Positions 9,472 to 19,825 of a stretch of 32,000 nt of DNA are shown here, piece after piece. The stretch lies in assembly GCF_000015585.1 (NCBI RefSeq), contig NC_008789.1:780001-812000 (forward strand). The letters run 5' to 3'. This DNA is from Halorhodospira halophila SL1. GTDB taxonomy: Bacteria; Pseudomonadota; Gammaproteobacteria; Nitrococcales; Halorhodospiraceae. The notes beneath the pieces were generated by a model, which worked only from the letters and a program-made list of their open reading frames with translations, was not told where the DNA came from and searched no databases. Made by a program: the position numbers and the translations under genes. Positions within the stretch are counted from its first letter, which is position 1, and every line of letters begins with the position of its first letter.

Positions 9472-10547
<1,076 letters not shown>

Positions 10548-11372
10548 GCCGCCGCCCGGCGGCCAGCGAGGCGCGGTCCAGGGTCTCGAAGAAGGCCAGC
10601 AGACCGGGCAGCTCCCGGGGCAGCCGGCGGATCAGGTAGCGCGCGGTGGCGTCGGGCAGCTCGAGCCCGCGCTGCGCGGCGCGCTGGCGGAGGATGGCCA
10701 GGCAGGTGGTTTCATCGGGCTCGCGCACCGCCACCACCGGCCCCCAGCCCAGACGCGAGCGCAGATCCGGCAGGTCCAGCGGCAGCTCCGCCGGCGGCTG
10801 ACGCCCGGCGAAGAGCAACCGTCCGCCGCGCTCCACCACCCGGTTGTAGAGGTGGAAGACCGCGCCCTGCCACTCATCGCGCCCGTCCAGCGCATCGAGG
10901 TCGTCGAGGGCGATCAGCTGCGCCTGCTCCCAGCCGTCGAGCACCGCCGCGCCGTGGCCGAGCAGCTGATCCAGCGGCAGGTAGACCGCCACCCCGCCAG
11001 CGGTGGTCACGCGGCGGCAGGCCCCCTGGAGCAGGTGGCTCTTGCCGACCCCGTGGGGGCCGTGCAGGTAGAGCGCCGGCGCCTCCAGCAGGCCGTCGGC
11101 CAGGTCGGTGACCAGGCGCAGGGCCGTGTCGTTCTCGCCGGGGACGAACCGATCGAGCTCGGCGGCGGCGTTCCAGCGGATGTTCAGTGGCAGTTGCACC
11201 GATCCCCCCGGTGGGTATTGCGGGTGGGCTCATTCCAGGGCGCCGCCGCCGCCCTGTCAAGCGCCGCCTTGTCCGAAACGGCAGGACTGGTAACCTCGCG
11301 CGCATGAGGAGCCGGTACGCGAGTGGACCGGTCGCCGGCCGAACATCAACACGGAGCGAGGGAACCCCCATC

Positions 11373-12092
11373 ATGCACAGACGCTCGATCCCCCTGGCCA
11401 CCGCGCTGGCGCTGGGTGTCGCGGGCGGCAGCGCCGCCGCCGAGGACCGCGAGGCCTCAGCCAGCCTCGGCATCGCCATCAACCAGGGCAACACCGAGAG
11501 CGAACGCTACAACCTCAACGCCGACTACCTGGAGCGCACCAACGCCCACCGCTTCACCGCCAACCTGGAGCTCAACCGGGGCAAGGACGGCGACGGCGAC
11601 GAGGACGTCAACAACTCCCGCATCGGCGGCGGTTACGACTGGTTCTTCCACGGCCCCTGGTACGCCAATTCCACGCTCTCGTGGCGCCAGGACCGCAAGG
11701 CCGACCTGCGCCAGCGCTACGTCGCCGGTCTCGGTGCCGGTTACCAGTTCTTCGATGACGACCGCACCCGCCTCTCGGCGGAGGCCGGCCCCACCTACAT
11801 CAGCGAGGAGACGCTCGGCGGCAGCCGCAGCCGCGAGGGGGCCCTGCGCTGGGCGCTGGACTACCGGCAGTACTTCGCCGAGGGGGCATTGCGCTTCTTC
11901 CACCGCCACGAGCTGATCACCGAGGTGGACGACGCCGACGAGTGGTTCGTCACCACCCGCACCGGGCTGCGCATGCCCCTGATGGAGAACCTCAGCGCCA
12001 GCCTGCAGTTCAACTACGACTACGACAACAACACCGAGGCGGACTCCCGCTACGACGCCACCACCCTGGTCAACCTGACCTACGACTGGTGA
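11373..12092 (+). CDS. DUF481 (YdiY-like, salt-induced) outer-membrane beta-barrel protein
   Basis: The start is MHRRSIPLATALALGVAGGSAAA (signal peptide) with a GAGGGAA SD. Alternating beta-strand patterns follow, including GNTESERYNLNADY, and the C-terminus is ...LVNLTYDW. I trimmed it from the track ORF 11187..12092. Confidence 0.7.
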   Translation: MHRRSIPLATALALGVAGGSAAAEDREASASLGIAINQGNTESERYNLNADYLERTNAHRFTANLELNRGKDGDGDEDVNNSRIGGGYDWFFHGPWYANSTLSWRQDRKADLRQRYVAGLGAGYQFFDDDRTRLSAEAGPTYISEETLGGSRSREGALRWALDYRQYFAEGALRFFHRHELITEVDDADEWFVTTRTGLRMPLMENLSASLQFNYDYDNNTEADSRYDATTLVNLTYDW

Positions 12093-12113
12093 CGCCGGGC
12101 GCCGTTCGCACCG

Positions 12114-13220
12114 TTACCGCTGCCAGCGGTAGCTGCGCGTGAGCTGCCCGCCACCGGGCCCCATCTCGGTGGCGGGCAGGGCCTCGGGCCAGAGCGTGTC
12201 GGCATCGTCCAAATCGGCCGCCACCCGCTCGGGGGCGCGCTCGAGCATCAGCCGCAGGGTGACCCGATCGCCGGCGATGCGCTGGACGTCCACCTGCTCG
12301 ACCCCGGTGACGTCTTCCAGATAGCGTACCGCCCCGAGGTAGTCCTCGACGCCCTCGATCCCGGTGATGGCGATCTCCAGCTGCTGACCGTCGTGCTCAC
12401 CGGGGACCACGGCGAAGCGCCGGGTCAGGGCGCCCCCGACCTCGTCGAGCCCCTCGCGGACCACCCGCTCCAGATCGCCCGGGCCGGTGTGGTGCTGCAG
12501 GGTGTCGTCGCCGGTGAGCACCGTCCAGCGCGCCCGCCAGGCGCCGGTACCGGTCTGCCGCAGACCCACCGCCGCCACGGCGGTGCTGCCGTAGCGCTGC
12601 GAGGCCTCGCGCAGGGACTCATCAAAACCGCCCCAGATATCCACGAACCCCACCGCCCGCCGGTCGCGAAGATCCAGCGTCGGGTACATCAGCGGCAGGG
12701 CCCGCTGCTCGGCCCCCTGATGGAGTGCTTCGAGCACCTCGCCCTCGGTCCCGGACGCGGCAAAACCGAGCAGATCCCGCCGGCCGTCGATCTCGGTCGC
12801 CACCCAGAGCAGGATCGGCGCCCGGTGCTCACCCCAGACCGCCACCTCCCGCTCGCCCAGTTGGCGGCGCAGCACATCGCCCTCGAAGCGCAGCTCCACG
12901 GCCAGCTCGTCGTCCACCCGCACGTACCGGTAGCTCGCCAGGTAGCGCCCGGCGTCCTCGAGCAACTCCGCCGCCGGGTGATCCCCCAGACCCTGGTACA
13001 CCCCCACCATGCGCCCGATGACCTGTTCCAGACCCGCCTCCACGGCCGCCTCGCGCTCGGCGTCCTGCCGGCCTTCCACGGGGATCTCGGCGGTGAAGAG
13101 ATCGCTCGCCGCCGCCGTGCCCGCAGCGAGCAGGGTCCACGCGGCGAGGACGGCGGCCAGCACGACACCGGCTGGACGGCGAGAGGCGAAGGAAGGGGCA
13201 AGGGGTACGGCCGTGCGCAT
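12114..13220 (-). CDS. DUF2066-like periplasmic protein
   Basis: The start is MRTAVPLAPSFASRRPAGVVLAAVLAAWTLLAAGTAAA (signal peptide), followed by SDLFTAEIPVEGRQDAEREAAVEAGLEQV. Its position divergent from purM matches the conserved gammaproteobacterial neighbourhood. Confidence 0.65.
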   Translation of the reverse strand: MRTAVPLAPSFASRRPAGVVLAAVLAAWTLLAAGTAAASDLFTAEIPVEGRQDAEREAAVEAGLEQVIGRMVGVYQGLGDHPAAELLEDAGRYLASYRYVRVDDELAVELRFEGDVLRRQLGEREVAVWGEHRAPILLWVATEIDGRRDLLGFAASGTEGEVLEALHQGAEQRALPLMYPTLDLRDRRAVGFVDIWGGFDESLREASQRYGSTAVAAVGLRQTGTGAWRARWTVLTGDDTLQHHTGPGDLERVVREGLDEVGGALTRRFAVVPGEHDGQQLEIAITGIEGVEDYLGAVRYLEDVTGVEQVDVQRIAGDRVTLRLMLERAPERVAADLDDADTLWPEALPATEMGPGGGQLTRSYRWQR

Positions 13221-13439
13221 GGGCGGGGTATCGGTTGCTGTCGGTGGGTGTCGGTCGTCATCAGACAACCCGCCCAACATACCACGAGCCGCCCGCGGCT
13301 TTGAGCCACCGCAGGGCCAGCCGGCGGCCGCGCGGACCGCGCGGTGGGCAAGGTGCTTGGCGCCCCCGGGGGCCGGCGGTCATACTACGCGGCGTTGGCC
13401 CACGGGCCCCGCCCCACTGGACATCCCAGGAGAATCGCC

Positions 13440-14483
13440 TTGGACGAGCAACACCCGCTGACCTATCGCGACGCCGGTGTGGATATCGACGCCGGCAACG
13501 ACCTTGTCAGCCGCATCCGCCCCGCCGTCGAGTCCACCCGCCGGCCCGAGGTGCTCGGCGGCATCGGCGGCTTCGGCGGCCTGGTCGAGCTGCCCGACGG
13601 CTACAGGCGTCCGGTCTTGGTGGCCGGCACCGACGGCGTCGGCACCAAGCTGCGCCTGGCCATCGAGACCGGGCGCCACCAGGGCGTGGGCACCGACCTG
13701 GTGGCCATGTGCGTCAACGATGTGGTGGTCCAGGGCGCCGAGCCGCTGTTCTTCCTGGATTACTACGCCACCAGCCACCTGGATGTGGACACCGCCGCCG
13801 CGGTGGTCCAGGGCATCGCCGCCGGCTGCCGCGACGCCGGCGCCGCCCTGCTCGGCGGTGAGACCGCCGAGATGCCCGGCATGTACGCCGACAGCGACTA
13901 CGACCTGGCCGGCTTCTGCGTCGGCGTGGTCGAGCGCGAGCAGCTGATCGAGGGCACCACCGTCACCCCCGGCGACGTGCTCATCGCCCTGCCCGCCTCC
14001 GGCCCGCACTCCAACGGCTACTCCCTGATCCGCAAGATCCTCGAGCGCCACCCCGGCGCGCTGGACGAGATGCTCGACGGCGAGTCGCTGACCGACCACC
14101 TGATGCGACCGACGCGCATCTACGTCACCCCGGCGCTGCGCCTGGCCGAGCAGGTGCCGGTCAAGGCCTTCTGCCACGTCACCGGCGGCGGCCTGCCCGA
14201 GAACCTGCCGCGGGTGCTGCCCGAGCACTGCGCGGCCGCCCTGGAGCGCTGGCAGTGGCCGGCGGTCTTCGACTGGCTGGCCCGCGCCGGTAACGTCGAG
14301 CGCGGCGAGATGCTGCGCACCTTCAACTGCGGCGTCGGCTTCGTCGCCTGCGTTGCCGCCGAGGATGCCGAGCGCGCCCTCGAGGTGCTCGAGGAGCAGG
14401 GTGAGGCCGCCTGGCGACTGGGTGAGGTGGTCGCCGCCGAGGACGACACCCCGCGGCTGACCATCAACGGGGAGGCGCCGTGA
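13440..14483 (+). CDS. purM: Phosphoribosylformylglycinamidine cyclo-ligase (AIR synthetase)
   Basis: [20 protein letters not shown]...GTDGVGTKL is the PurM signature. I propose a TTG start at 13440, with an AGGAGA SD 6 nt upstream, giving 347 aa. The track's GTG at 13344 adds 32 non-homologous Arg/Pro/Gly-rich residues. Confidence 0.93.
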   Translation: MDEQHPLTYRDAGVDIDAGNDLVSRIRPAVESTRRPEVLGGIGGFGGLVELPDGYRRPVLVAGTDGVGTKLRLAIETGRHQGVGTDLVAMCVNDVVVQGAEPLFFLDYYATSHLDVDTAAAVVQGIAAGCRDAGAALLGGETAEMPGMYADSDYDLAGFCVGVVEREQLIEGTTVTPGDVLIALPASGPHSNGYSLIRKILERHPGALDEMLDGESLTDHLMRPTRIYVTPALRLAEQVPVKAFCHVTGGGLPENLPRVLPEHCAAALERWQWPAVFDWLARAGNVERGEMLRTFNCGVGFVACVAAEDAERALEVLEEQGEAAWRLGEVVAAEDDTPRLTINGEAP

Positions 14484-15148
14484 CCCCGTCGCCGCGGATC
14501 GCCGTCCTGCTCTCGGGCAGTGGCAGCAACCTGCAGGCGCTGCTCGACCAACACGCGGCCGGGGCGCTGCCGGCGACCTTCGCCTGCGTGCTCAGCAACC
14601 GGGCGGATGCCTACGGCCTGCAGCGCGCCGAGGCCGCGGGCATCCCCACGGCGGTCGTCGATCACCGCCAGTACCCCGACCGCGAGGCCTTCGACCGCGC
14701 CCTGGCCGAGCACCTGGAGGCGGTCGGGGTCGATCTGGTGGTGCTCGCCGGGTTCATGCGCATCCTCACGCCGGTCTTCGTGGAGCGTTTCCAGGGCCGT
14801 CTCTTGAACATCCACCCGTCGCTGCTGCCGGACTTCCGCGGTCTGCACACCCATGAGCGGGCCCTGGAGGCGGGGGTCGAGGAACACGGCTGCACGGTGC
14901 ATTTCGTGACGCCGGAGCTCGACGCCGGCCCGGCCATCGTCCAGGGGGTGGTGCCGGTCCACCCGGGGGATTCGCCGGAGGCGCTGGCGCAGCGGGTGCA
15001 GGTGCAGGAGCACCGCGTCTATCCGTTGGCGGTGCGGTGGTTCGTGTCCGGGCGGTTGGCGCTGACGGAGTCGGGGGTCGCCCTGGACGGGCAGGTGCTG
15101 GAGGCGCCGGTGCGGGTGGATGCGGAGACGGCGGTCGATCGGCTTTAG
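14480..15148 (+). CDS. purN: Phosphoribosylglycinamide formyltransferase
   Basis: [26 protein letters not shown] and the [11 protein letters not shown] motifs are present. The GTG start overlaps the purM stop (GTGA). Confidence 0.95.
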   Translation: MTPSPRIAVLLSGSGSNLQALLDQHAAGALPATFACVLSNRADAYGLQRAEAAGIPTAVVDHRQYPDREAFDRALAEHLEAVGVDLVVLAGFMRILTPVFVERFQGRLLNIHPSLLPDFRGLHTHERALEAGVEEHGCTVHFVTPELDAGPAIVQGVVPVHPGDSPEALAQRVQVQEHRVYPLAVRWFVSGRLALTESGVALDGQVLEAPVRVDAETAVDRL

Positions 15149-15521
15149 GTCGAGGCGTTGCTGGCCGTCTAGGGGGGCACGAGCGAAGACGCGCCTCTGG
15201 GCTGCTGGCCGCCTGGGGGGTGTGCCCCGTGGGTCGAGCCTTTAGGACGCGCCGAGCAGCGCAGCCCCGACGGGGGTTCAGCGCGAACCTTTGCTGGTTC
15301 GCGCTGATCAGCGAGGTTTTGTCCGAGCGGCGCGCAGCGCCGCGAGTTAAGCGAGCGGCCCCGTCGGGGTGAGCAGCACAGGGGACCCCGCAGGGGCGCG
15401 TCCTTCGCTCGACCCACGGGGCATACCCCCCAGGCGGCCCGACCGCGCCGGGCACGCCCGCGGGGGGCGCGTCTTCGCTCGACCCACGGGGCGCCCCCAG
15501 ACGGCCAGCAACGCCTCGACC
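15148..15521. repeat. Nested palindromic extragenic repeat element, copy 1 (expanded form)
   Basis: A 23-bp perfect terminal inverted repeat is present (15148..15170 GGTCGAGGCGTTGCTGGCCGTCT and its reverse complement at 15499..15521). Inside it are a second pair of roughly 45-bp inverted arms (about 15205..15253 and 15405..15451). These flank a 141-nt core (15251..15391) that recurs inverted at 22737..22878. Confidence 0.85.
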
Positions 15522-15610
15522 GGTGGGGCTGGCACTGCGCGGCGAACCTCGACGGCCCATCACTGCCTAACGGATAACCTACAACGCCGCCCGCCCGGAA
15601 AGGAGTCAGT

Positions 15611-16378
15611 ATGAGGGCCCCATCCAAACGTACCTTCAGCGTCCAGCGCGCGGCCGCATGGCTCATCCTGGGCCTACTGACCGCCACCACCTCCCTGGCA
15701 GCGCCCGCCGCAGCAGCCGAGGCCGAGCGAATCCCCGAGTTCCGGGCGGAGTATGAGGTGAAGTACGGCCGTCTGACCCTGGGCACCAGCCGGCTGGAGC
15801 TGGAGTACCTGGGCGACGACCGCTACCGCTACGAGATGTTCGTCCGCCCCCGGGGGCTGGCGCGGGCGGTGCTCGGCACCGATCTGACCGATATCAGCGA
15901 GGGGCAGGTCCTCGCAGACGGCACGCTGCGCCCGGATCGGTTCGTGCACAAGCGCGAGGGCCGGGACGAGCGTCACGAGGCGATCACCTTCGACCACGAC
16001 GCCGGCAAGGTGACCTTCGCGGACGGAACCGCCATCGACCTCGAGGAAGGCGCCGTGGACCGCCTGCTGCCGCAGCTGCTGATCATGCGCGACCTCTCGG
16101 CGACCTTCGATCGGGTGCTGACCTACCGCATCGCCGATGACGAAGAGATCTCCGACTACAGCTTCGAGCGCAAGGGCCGCGAGCGGGTCTCGGTGGCCGC
16201 CGGCTCGTACCGGGCCGAACGCATCCAGCGCGTGCGCGACGGCGACAGCTCCCGCGAGTCCAACGCCTGGGTCTACCGGCGACTCCACAACCTGCCGGTG
16301 AAGATCGAGCACGCCGACAGCGGGCGCACCTTCGTCATGGAGCTGACCGAGGTCAGCGGGCCGATCCAGGACGACTAG
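15611..16378 (+). CDS. DUF3108-like secreted protein
   Basis: It has an AAAGGAG SD and a signal peptide (AAWLILGLLTATTSLAAPAAAA). The segment EYEVKYGRLTLGTSRLELEY is typical of DUF3108. Its position downstream of purMN is conserved in gammaproteobacteria, as far as I recall. Confidence 0.65.
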   Translation: MRAPSKRTFSVQRAAAWLILGLLTATTSLAAPAAAAEAERIPEFRAEYEVKYGRLTLGTSRLELEYLGDDRYRYEMFVRPRGLARAVLGTDLTDISEGQVLADGTLRPDRFVHKREGRDERHEAITFDHDAGKVTFADGTAIDLEEGAVDRLLPQLLIMRDLSATFDRVLTYRIADDEEISDYSFERKGRERVSVAAGSYRAERIQRVRDGDSSRESNAWVYRRLHNLPVKIEHADSGRTFVMELTEVSGPIQDD

Positions 16379-16387
16379 GCCTCGGGG

Positions 16388-16957
16388 TCACGAGCGCGGC
16401 AGCGTCACCCCGTCCTGGCCCATGTACTTGCCACCCCGGTCGGCGTAGGAGACCTCGCACGGCTCGTCCGACTCGAAGAAGAGCATCTGCGCGACGCCCT
16501 CGTTGGCGTGGATCTTCGCCGGCAGGGGGGTGGTGTTGGAGAACTCCAGGGTCACCCGCCCCTCCCACTCCGGCTCCAACGGCGTGACGTTGACGATGAT
16601 CCCGCAGCGGGCGTAGGTCGACTTGCCCAGACAGATGGTCAGCACGTTCCGCGGGATGCGGAAGTACTCCAGGGTGTAGGCCAGGGCGAAGGAGTTGGGC
16701 GGGATGATGCAGACGTCGCCGTGGACATCGACGAAGCTCGCCGCATCGAAGTTCTTCGGATCCACCACCGCGGAGTTGATATCGGTGAAGATCTTGAAGT
16801 CCTTCCCGCAACGGACGTCGTAACCGTAGCTGGAGGTGCCGTAGGAGATGACCCGTTGCCCCTCGGGGGTATCGCGCACCTGCCCCGGCTCGAAGGGTTC
16901 GATCATCCCGTGCTCTTGCGCCATGTGCCGGATCCACCGGTCGGATTTGATGGTCAT
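16388..16957 (-). CDS. dcd: dCTP deaminase
   Basis: [28 protein letters not shown]...SSYGYDVRC...[14 protein letters not shown] gives a full-length match to Dcd. Confidence 0.95.
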   Translation of the reverse strand: MTIKSDRWIRHMAQEHGMIEPFEPGQVRDTPEGQRVISYGTSSYGYDVRCGKDFKIFTDINSAVVDPKNFDAASFVDVHGDVCIIPPNSFALAYTLEYFRIPRNVLTICLGKSTYARCGIIVNVTPLEPEWEGRVTLEFSNTTPLPAKIHANEGVAQMLFFESDEPCEVSYADRGGKYMGQDGVTLPRS

Positions 16958-17067
16958 GCGGCGCCTTCTGGTGACTGCGATCTGGTCAGGATTCTAGGGG
17001 GCAGCGCGCCCGATGACCAGGGTACGCGCCCGCCGCAGCGGACGCGCACCCGGGCCGGCACAGGGCG

Positions 17068-18417
17068 CTAGAGCATGTGCCCGAGCATCGCGGTGGCGAT
17101 GGCAAAGTAGATCAGGATGCCGCCGATATCGGCGATGGACGTGATCAGCGGCGCGCTGGCCGTGGCCGGGTCGAGGTTCAGCCGGGCCAGACCGAAGGGC
17201 AGGAGCATCCCGATCATGCTGCCCATGAAGACCACGGCCACCATGGCCAGGGAGACCACCCAGGCGATGTCCAGACCGCCGCGGTAGAGCCCCAGCGCCC
17301 AGACGGCGACACCCACGGTGACACCCAGGGCGATGGCCACACCGGCCTCCTTGCCCCACAGGCGCAACCAGTCCTTGGCCTTGACGTCACCGGTGGCGAG
17401 CGCGCGCACCATCAGGGTCGCCGACTGGGTGCCGGCGTTACCGCCAGTATCCACCACCAGGGGCAGGAAGGTGACCAGGACGATGACCGCCTCGATGGTC
17501 TCCTCGTAGGCGGCGATGATCTCGCCGCCGAACATGTTGATGAACACCAGCAGCACCAGCCAGCCGACACGGCGCTGGTAGAGCAGGTTCATGCTGGCGT
17601 CGCGCATACTGAAGTTGAGCACGCCGACACCACCGACCTTCTGGAAGTCCTCGGTGGCCTCGGCCTCGGCCACGTCCATGACGTCGTCCGGGGTCACGGT
17701 GCCGAGCAGCACCCCCTCGGTATCGACCACCGGCAGCGCCGTCAGGTCGTAGCGCTGCACCGTCTCCACCGCCTTCTCGCGATCCTCGAAGGCCGAGACG
17801 CTGATGAAGTGGTAGTCCATCAGCTCCTCGACCACGGTCTCCGGCGCGGCGACGATGAACCGGCGGATGGTCAGGGCGTCGAGCAACCGGCCCTCGCGGT
17901 CGGTGACGTAGATGACGTTCACCGTCTCGGCCTTCTCGCGCTGGCCGCGGATGTGCTGCAGGCTGCGCTCCACGGTCCAGTCGGCGCGCACGGCGATGTA
18001 GTCCGGCGTCATCAGCCGGCCAACGCTCTCCGCCGGGTAGCCGAGCAGCTCGCGGGCCTCGCGCTGTGCCCCCGGGGGCAGCAGCTCCAGCAGCCGCTGG
18101 GTGGCCTCGGCGGGCAGCTCCTGGAACAGGGCGGTGCGGTCGTCCGGGGTGAGCGCGGCGACGATCTCCCGCGTCTCATGGTCGGTCATGTCCTGGAGCA
18201 GGGCATCCTGGTTGTCCCCGGAGAGGTAGGAGAACACCTCCGAGGCCCGGGGCCGTGGCAGCAGCTTAAACAGGAAGATGCGCCGGGATTTCTCCAGGCT
18301 CAGGATCAGTTCCGCAATGTCCTGCTCCGGCAGCTCCTCGATGCGAGCGCGGACGTCCTTCCAGCGCCTCCCATCGAGGAGCTGTCGGATCTCTTCGAGC
18401 AGCTCTTCGTAAGCCAT
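17068..18417 (-). CDS. mgtE: Magnesium transporter MgtE
   Basis: An MgtE N-domain, tandem CBS domains and a C-terminal 5-TM domain (...GNAGTQSATLMVRALATGDV...) are present. I prefer the start MAYEELLEEI at 18417, with an [11 protein letters not shown] 6 nt upstream, over the track start at 18453. Confidence 0.93.
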   Translation of the reverse strand: MAYEELLEEIRQLLDGRRWKDVRARIEELPEQDIAELILSLEKSRRIFLFKLLPRPRASEVFSYLSGDNQDALLQDMTDHETREIVAALTPDDRTALFQELPAEATQRLLELLPPGAQREARELLGYPAESVGRLMTPDYIAVRADWTVERSLQHIRGQREKAETVNVIYVTDREGRLLDALTIRRFIVAAPETVVEELMDYHFISVSAFEDREKAVETVQRYDLTALPVVDTEGVLLGTVTPDDVMDVAEAEATEDFQKVGGVGVLNFSMRDASMNLLYQRRVGWLVLLVFINMFGGEIIAAYEETIEAVIVLVTFLPLVVDTGGNAGTQSATLMVRALATGDVKAKDWLRLWGKEAGVAIALGVTVGVAVWALGLYRGGLDIAWVVSLAMVAVVFMGSMIGMLLPFGLARLNLDPATASAPLITSIADIGGILIYFAIATAMLGHML

Positions 18418-18739
18418 GATGGGGCTCCTTCCTGTTGCGCGTGCAGAGGGCACGCGGCAGCGCGTGCCGGCGCGCCGGGTGGATGAATCAGGGGGGAGGC
18501 CCTAGATCTCGCGAGCCCCCGACCCTGCCTGATTGCAGCCGACCGTGGTGGCAGGCTCCAGGCAGGGCCGGGTCGGGTCAGACCCGGGCCGAGCGAGCCA
18601 CCACAAGGCGGTCGTGCCGCAGCGCGCCGGCCATGGTCGCCGGGGCTGCGGCGCTGGTACTCGGTACTTGGCTGTCCATTCGGTGCGTTGGGGCGGCCGC
18701 GGGGGCCATCCATTCACTCGGTCCGCTGAAACCGGCCTC

Positions 18740-18768
18740 AAAATAGCGATGGTCGGCGCTTGCGTCAA
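18740..18768 (-). promoter_or_regulatory. Candidate sigma70 promoter for mgtE
   Basis: The minus strand reads TTGACG, a 17-nt spacer, then TATTTT, within an AT-rich island in otherwise very GC-rich DNA. It implies a roughly 315-nt 5' leader. Confidence 0.4.
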
Positions 18769-18787
18769 TTTTTGCAGCGCACCATGG

Positions 18788-18816
18788 TTGACCCATTCGC
18801 CCCCCTCGCGTATGAA
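18788..18816 (+). promoter_or_regulatory. Candidate sigma70 promoter for uppP
   Basis: The plus strand reads TTGACC, a 17-nt spacer, then TATGAA, about 37 nt upstream of the uppP ATG. It sits back-to-back with the mgtE candidate promoter. Confidence 0.35.
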
Positions 18817-18852
18817 CTCCGGCTGTCTTTGACGACGCGAGGAACGCACCCG

Positions 18853-19716
18853 ATGGCCCTTTGGATCGCCGTACTGCTGGGGGTTGTGCAGGGGATCTTC
18901 ATGTTCCTGCCGGTGAGCTCCACGGCCCACATGGTGCTGCTCGAGCACTGGCTGATCGGCCGCGATCACCCAATGCCGGCGCCGGAGAGCGCCGAGATGA
19001 TCCTGTTCAACCTGGTGGTCCACGTCGGGACCCTGGTCTCCATCGTGGTGGTCTTCGCCCCGAGCCTGCTGCGCTTCACCCGCTACAGCCTGCGCGATGC
19101 CTACGGCTGGGCCCGCGCCGGACGCTTTCAGGGGCCACCGCTCTACGCCCGGCTGTTCCTGCTGGGGATGCTCTCGGTGCTGTTCACCGGCGTGGTGGGC
19201 CTGACGCTCAAGGCGACCTTCGAGCAGGTCTTCGCCAACCCGTGGATGATCGCCTTCACCCTGATCCTCACCGGCGCCCTGCTCTTCTGGACGGACAAGC
19301 TCCCGCCCCGGCGCCGGGGGTTGCGCCAGACCGGGGTGGGCACGGCGACGCTCATCGGCGTCGCCCAGGGTTTCGCGCTGATGCCCGGGCTCTCGCGCAG
19401 CGCCATGACCATCGTCTTCGGCCTGTTCGCCGGGCTCAAGCGGCGCTGGGCGGCGGAGTACAGCTTCTTCCTGGCCATCCCCACCATCTGCGCGGCCACG
19501 CTGCTCCAGGCCATCGAGGTCTACCAGCTCGGCGGCCTGGAGAGCGTCAGCGTCGCCGCCCTGATCACCGGCTTTGTCGTCGCCGCCGGGGTGGGCATCG
19601 TCTCGCTGAAGCTGGTGATCTACTTCCTCTACCGCGCCCAGCTGAAGGTGTTTTCCTTCTACGTCTGGGCGCTGGCGGCGGCCATCCTGCTCGGCTGGAT
19701 CGACCTGCCGATATGA
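18853..19716 (+). CDS. uppP: Undecaprenyl-diphosphate phosphatase (BacA/UppP family)
   Basis: MALWIAVLLGVVQGIFMFLPVSSTAHM aligns with E. coli [25 protein letters not shown], and PGLSRSAMTI matches the PGxSRSxxT motif. I trimmed it from the track ORF that starts at 18760. Confidence 0.85.
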   Translation: MALWIAVLLGVVQGIFMFLPVSSTAHMVLLEHWLIGRDHPMPAPESAEMILFNLVVHVGTLVSIVVVFAPSLLRFTRYSLRDAYGWARAGRFQGPPLYARLFLLGMLSVLFTGVVGLTLKATFEQVFANPWMIAFTLILTGALLFWTDKLPPRRRGLRQTGVGTATLIGVAQGFALMPGLSRSAMTIVFGLFAGLKRRWAAEYSFFLAIPTICAATLLQAIEVYQLGGLESVSVAALITGFVVAAGVGIVSLKLVIYFLYRAQLKVFSFYVWALAAAILLGWIDLPI

Positions 19717-19825
19717 ACGACTCCCGCCAAGCCTTTCAGGCTATGGCGTGCGTTTCGCGCTTCGCGGGGAGTGCCGGATCGTCCGGGGGATGGTCCAGTC
19801 TGACCTCCCTCCCCGCATCGGCCGG

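Noticed and set aside
15148-15521. Possible CRISPR array or retron/integron-type structure
   Set aside because: There are no regularly spaced direct repeats with unique spacers. The repeats are inverted and nested. No cas, reverse transcriptase or integrase gene is adjacent.
14766-15563. 265-aa - ORF, and the 201-aa + ORF 22694..23299, that share similar peptides (VPCAAHP.GAAR.TRGA...)
   Set aside because: The similarity arises because both ORFs cross the two copies of the palindromic repeat. The copies differ by a 1-nt indel that would break any common reading frame. Substitutions follow stem-pairing rather than codon logic. I treat this as non-coding repeat DNA.
17077-18486. 469-aa + strand ORF
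   Set aside because: It is antisense to mgtE. The product is low complexity (His/Gly/Asp/Gln-rich).
18306-18713. 135-aa - ORF starting in the mgtE leader with a Pro-rich N-terminus (MDGPRGRPNAPNGQP), considered as an mgtL/mgtP-like leader peptide
   Set aside because: It runs out of frame into mgtE, has no SD, and its Pro/Arg/Gly richness is what any frame of this GC-rich DNA yields. The evidence is insufficient.
18454-18760. Possible RNA gene (tmRNA, SRP/4.5S, 6S) or M-box riboswitch in the mgtE/uppP spacer
   Set aside because: GGGGCTGCGG... superficially resembles a tmRNA 5' end, but there is no tRNA-like T-arm or CCA end. There is no SRP GGAAGCAGCC-type motif and no M-box core motif on either strand. 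I kept it only as an uncharacterised leader.
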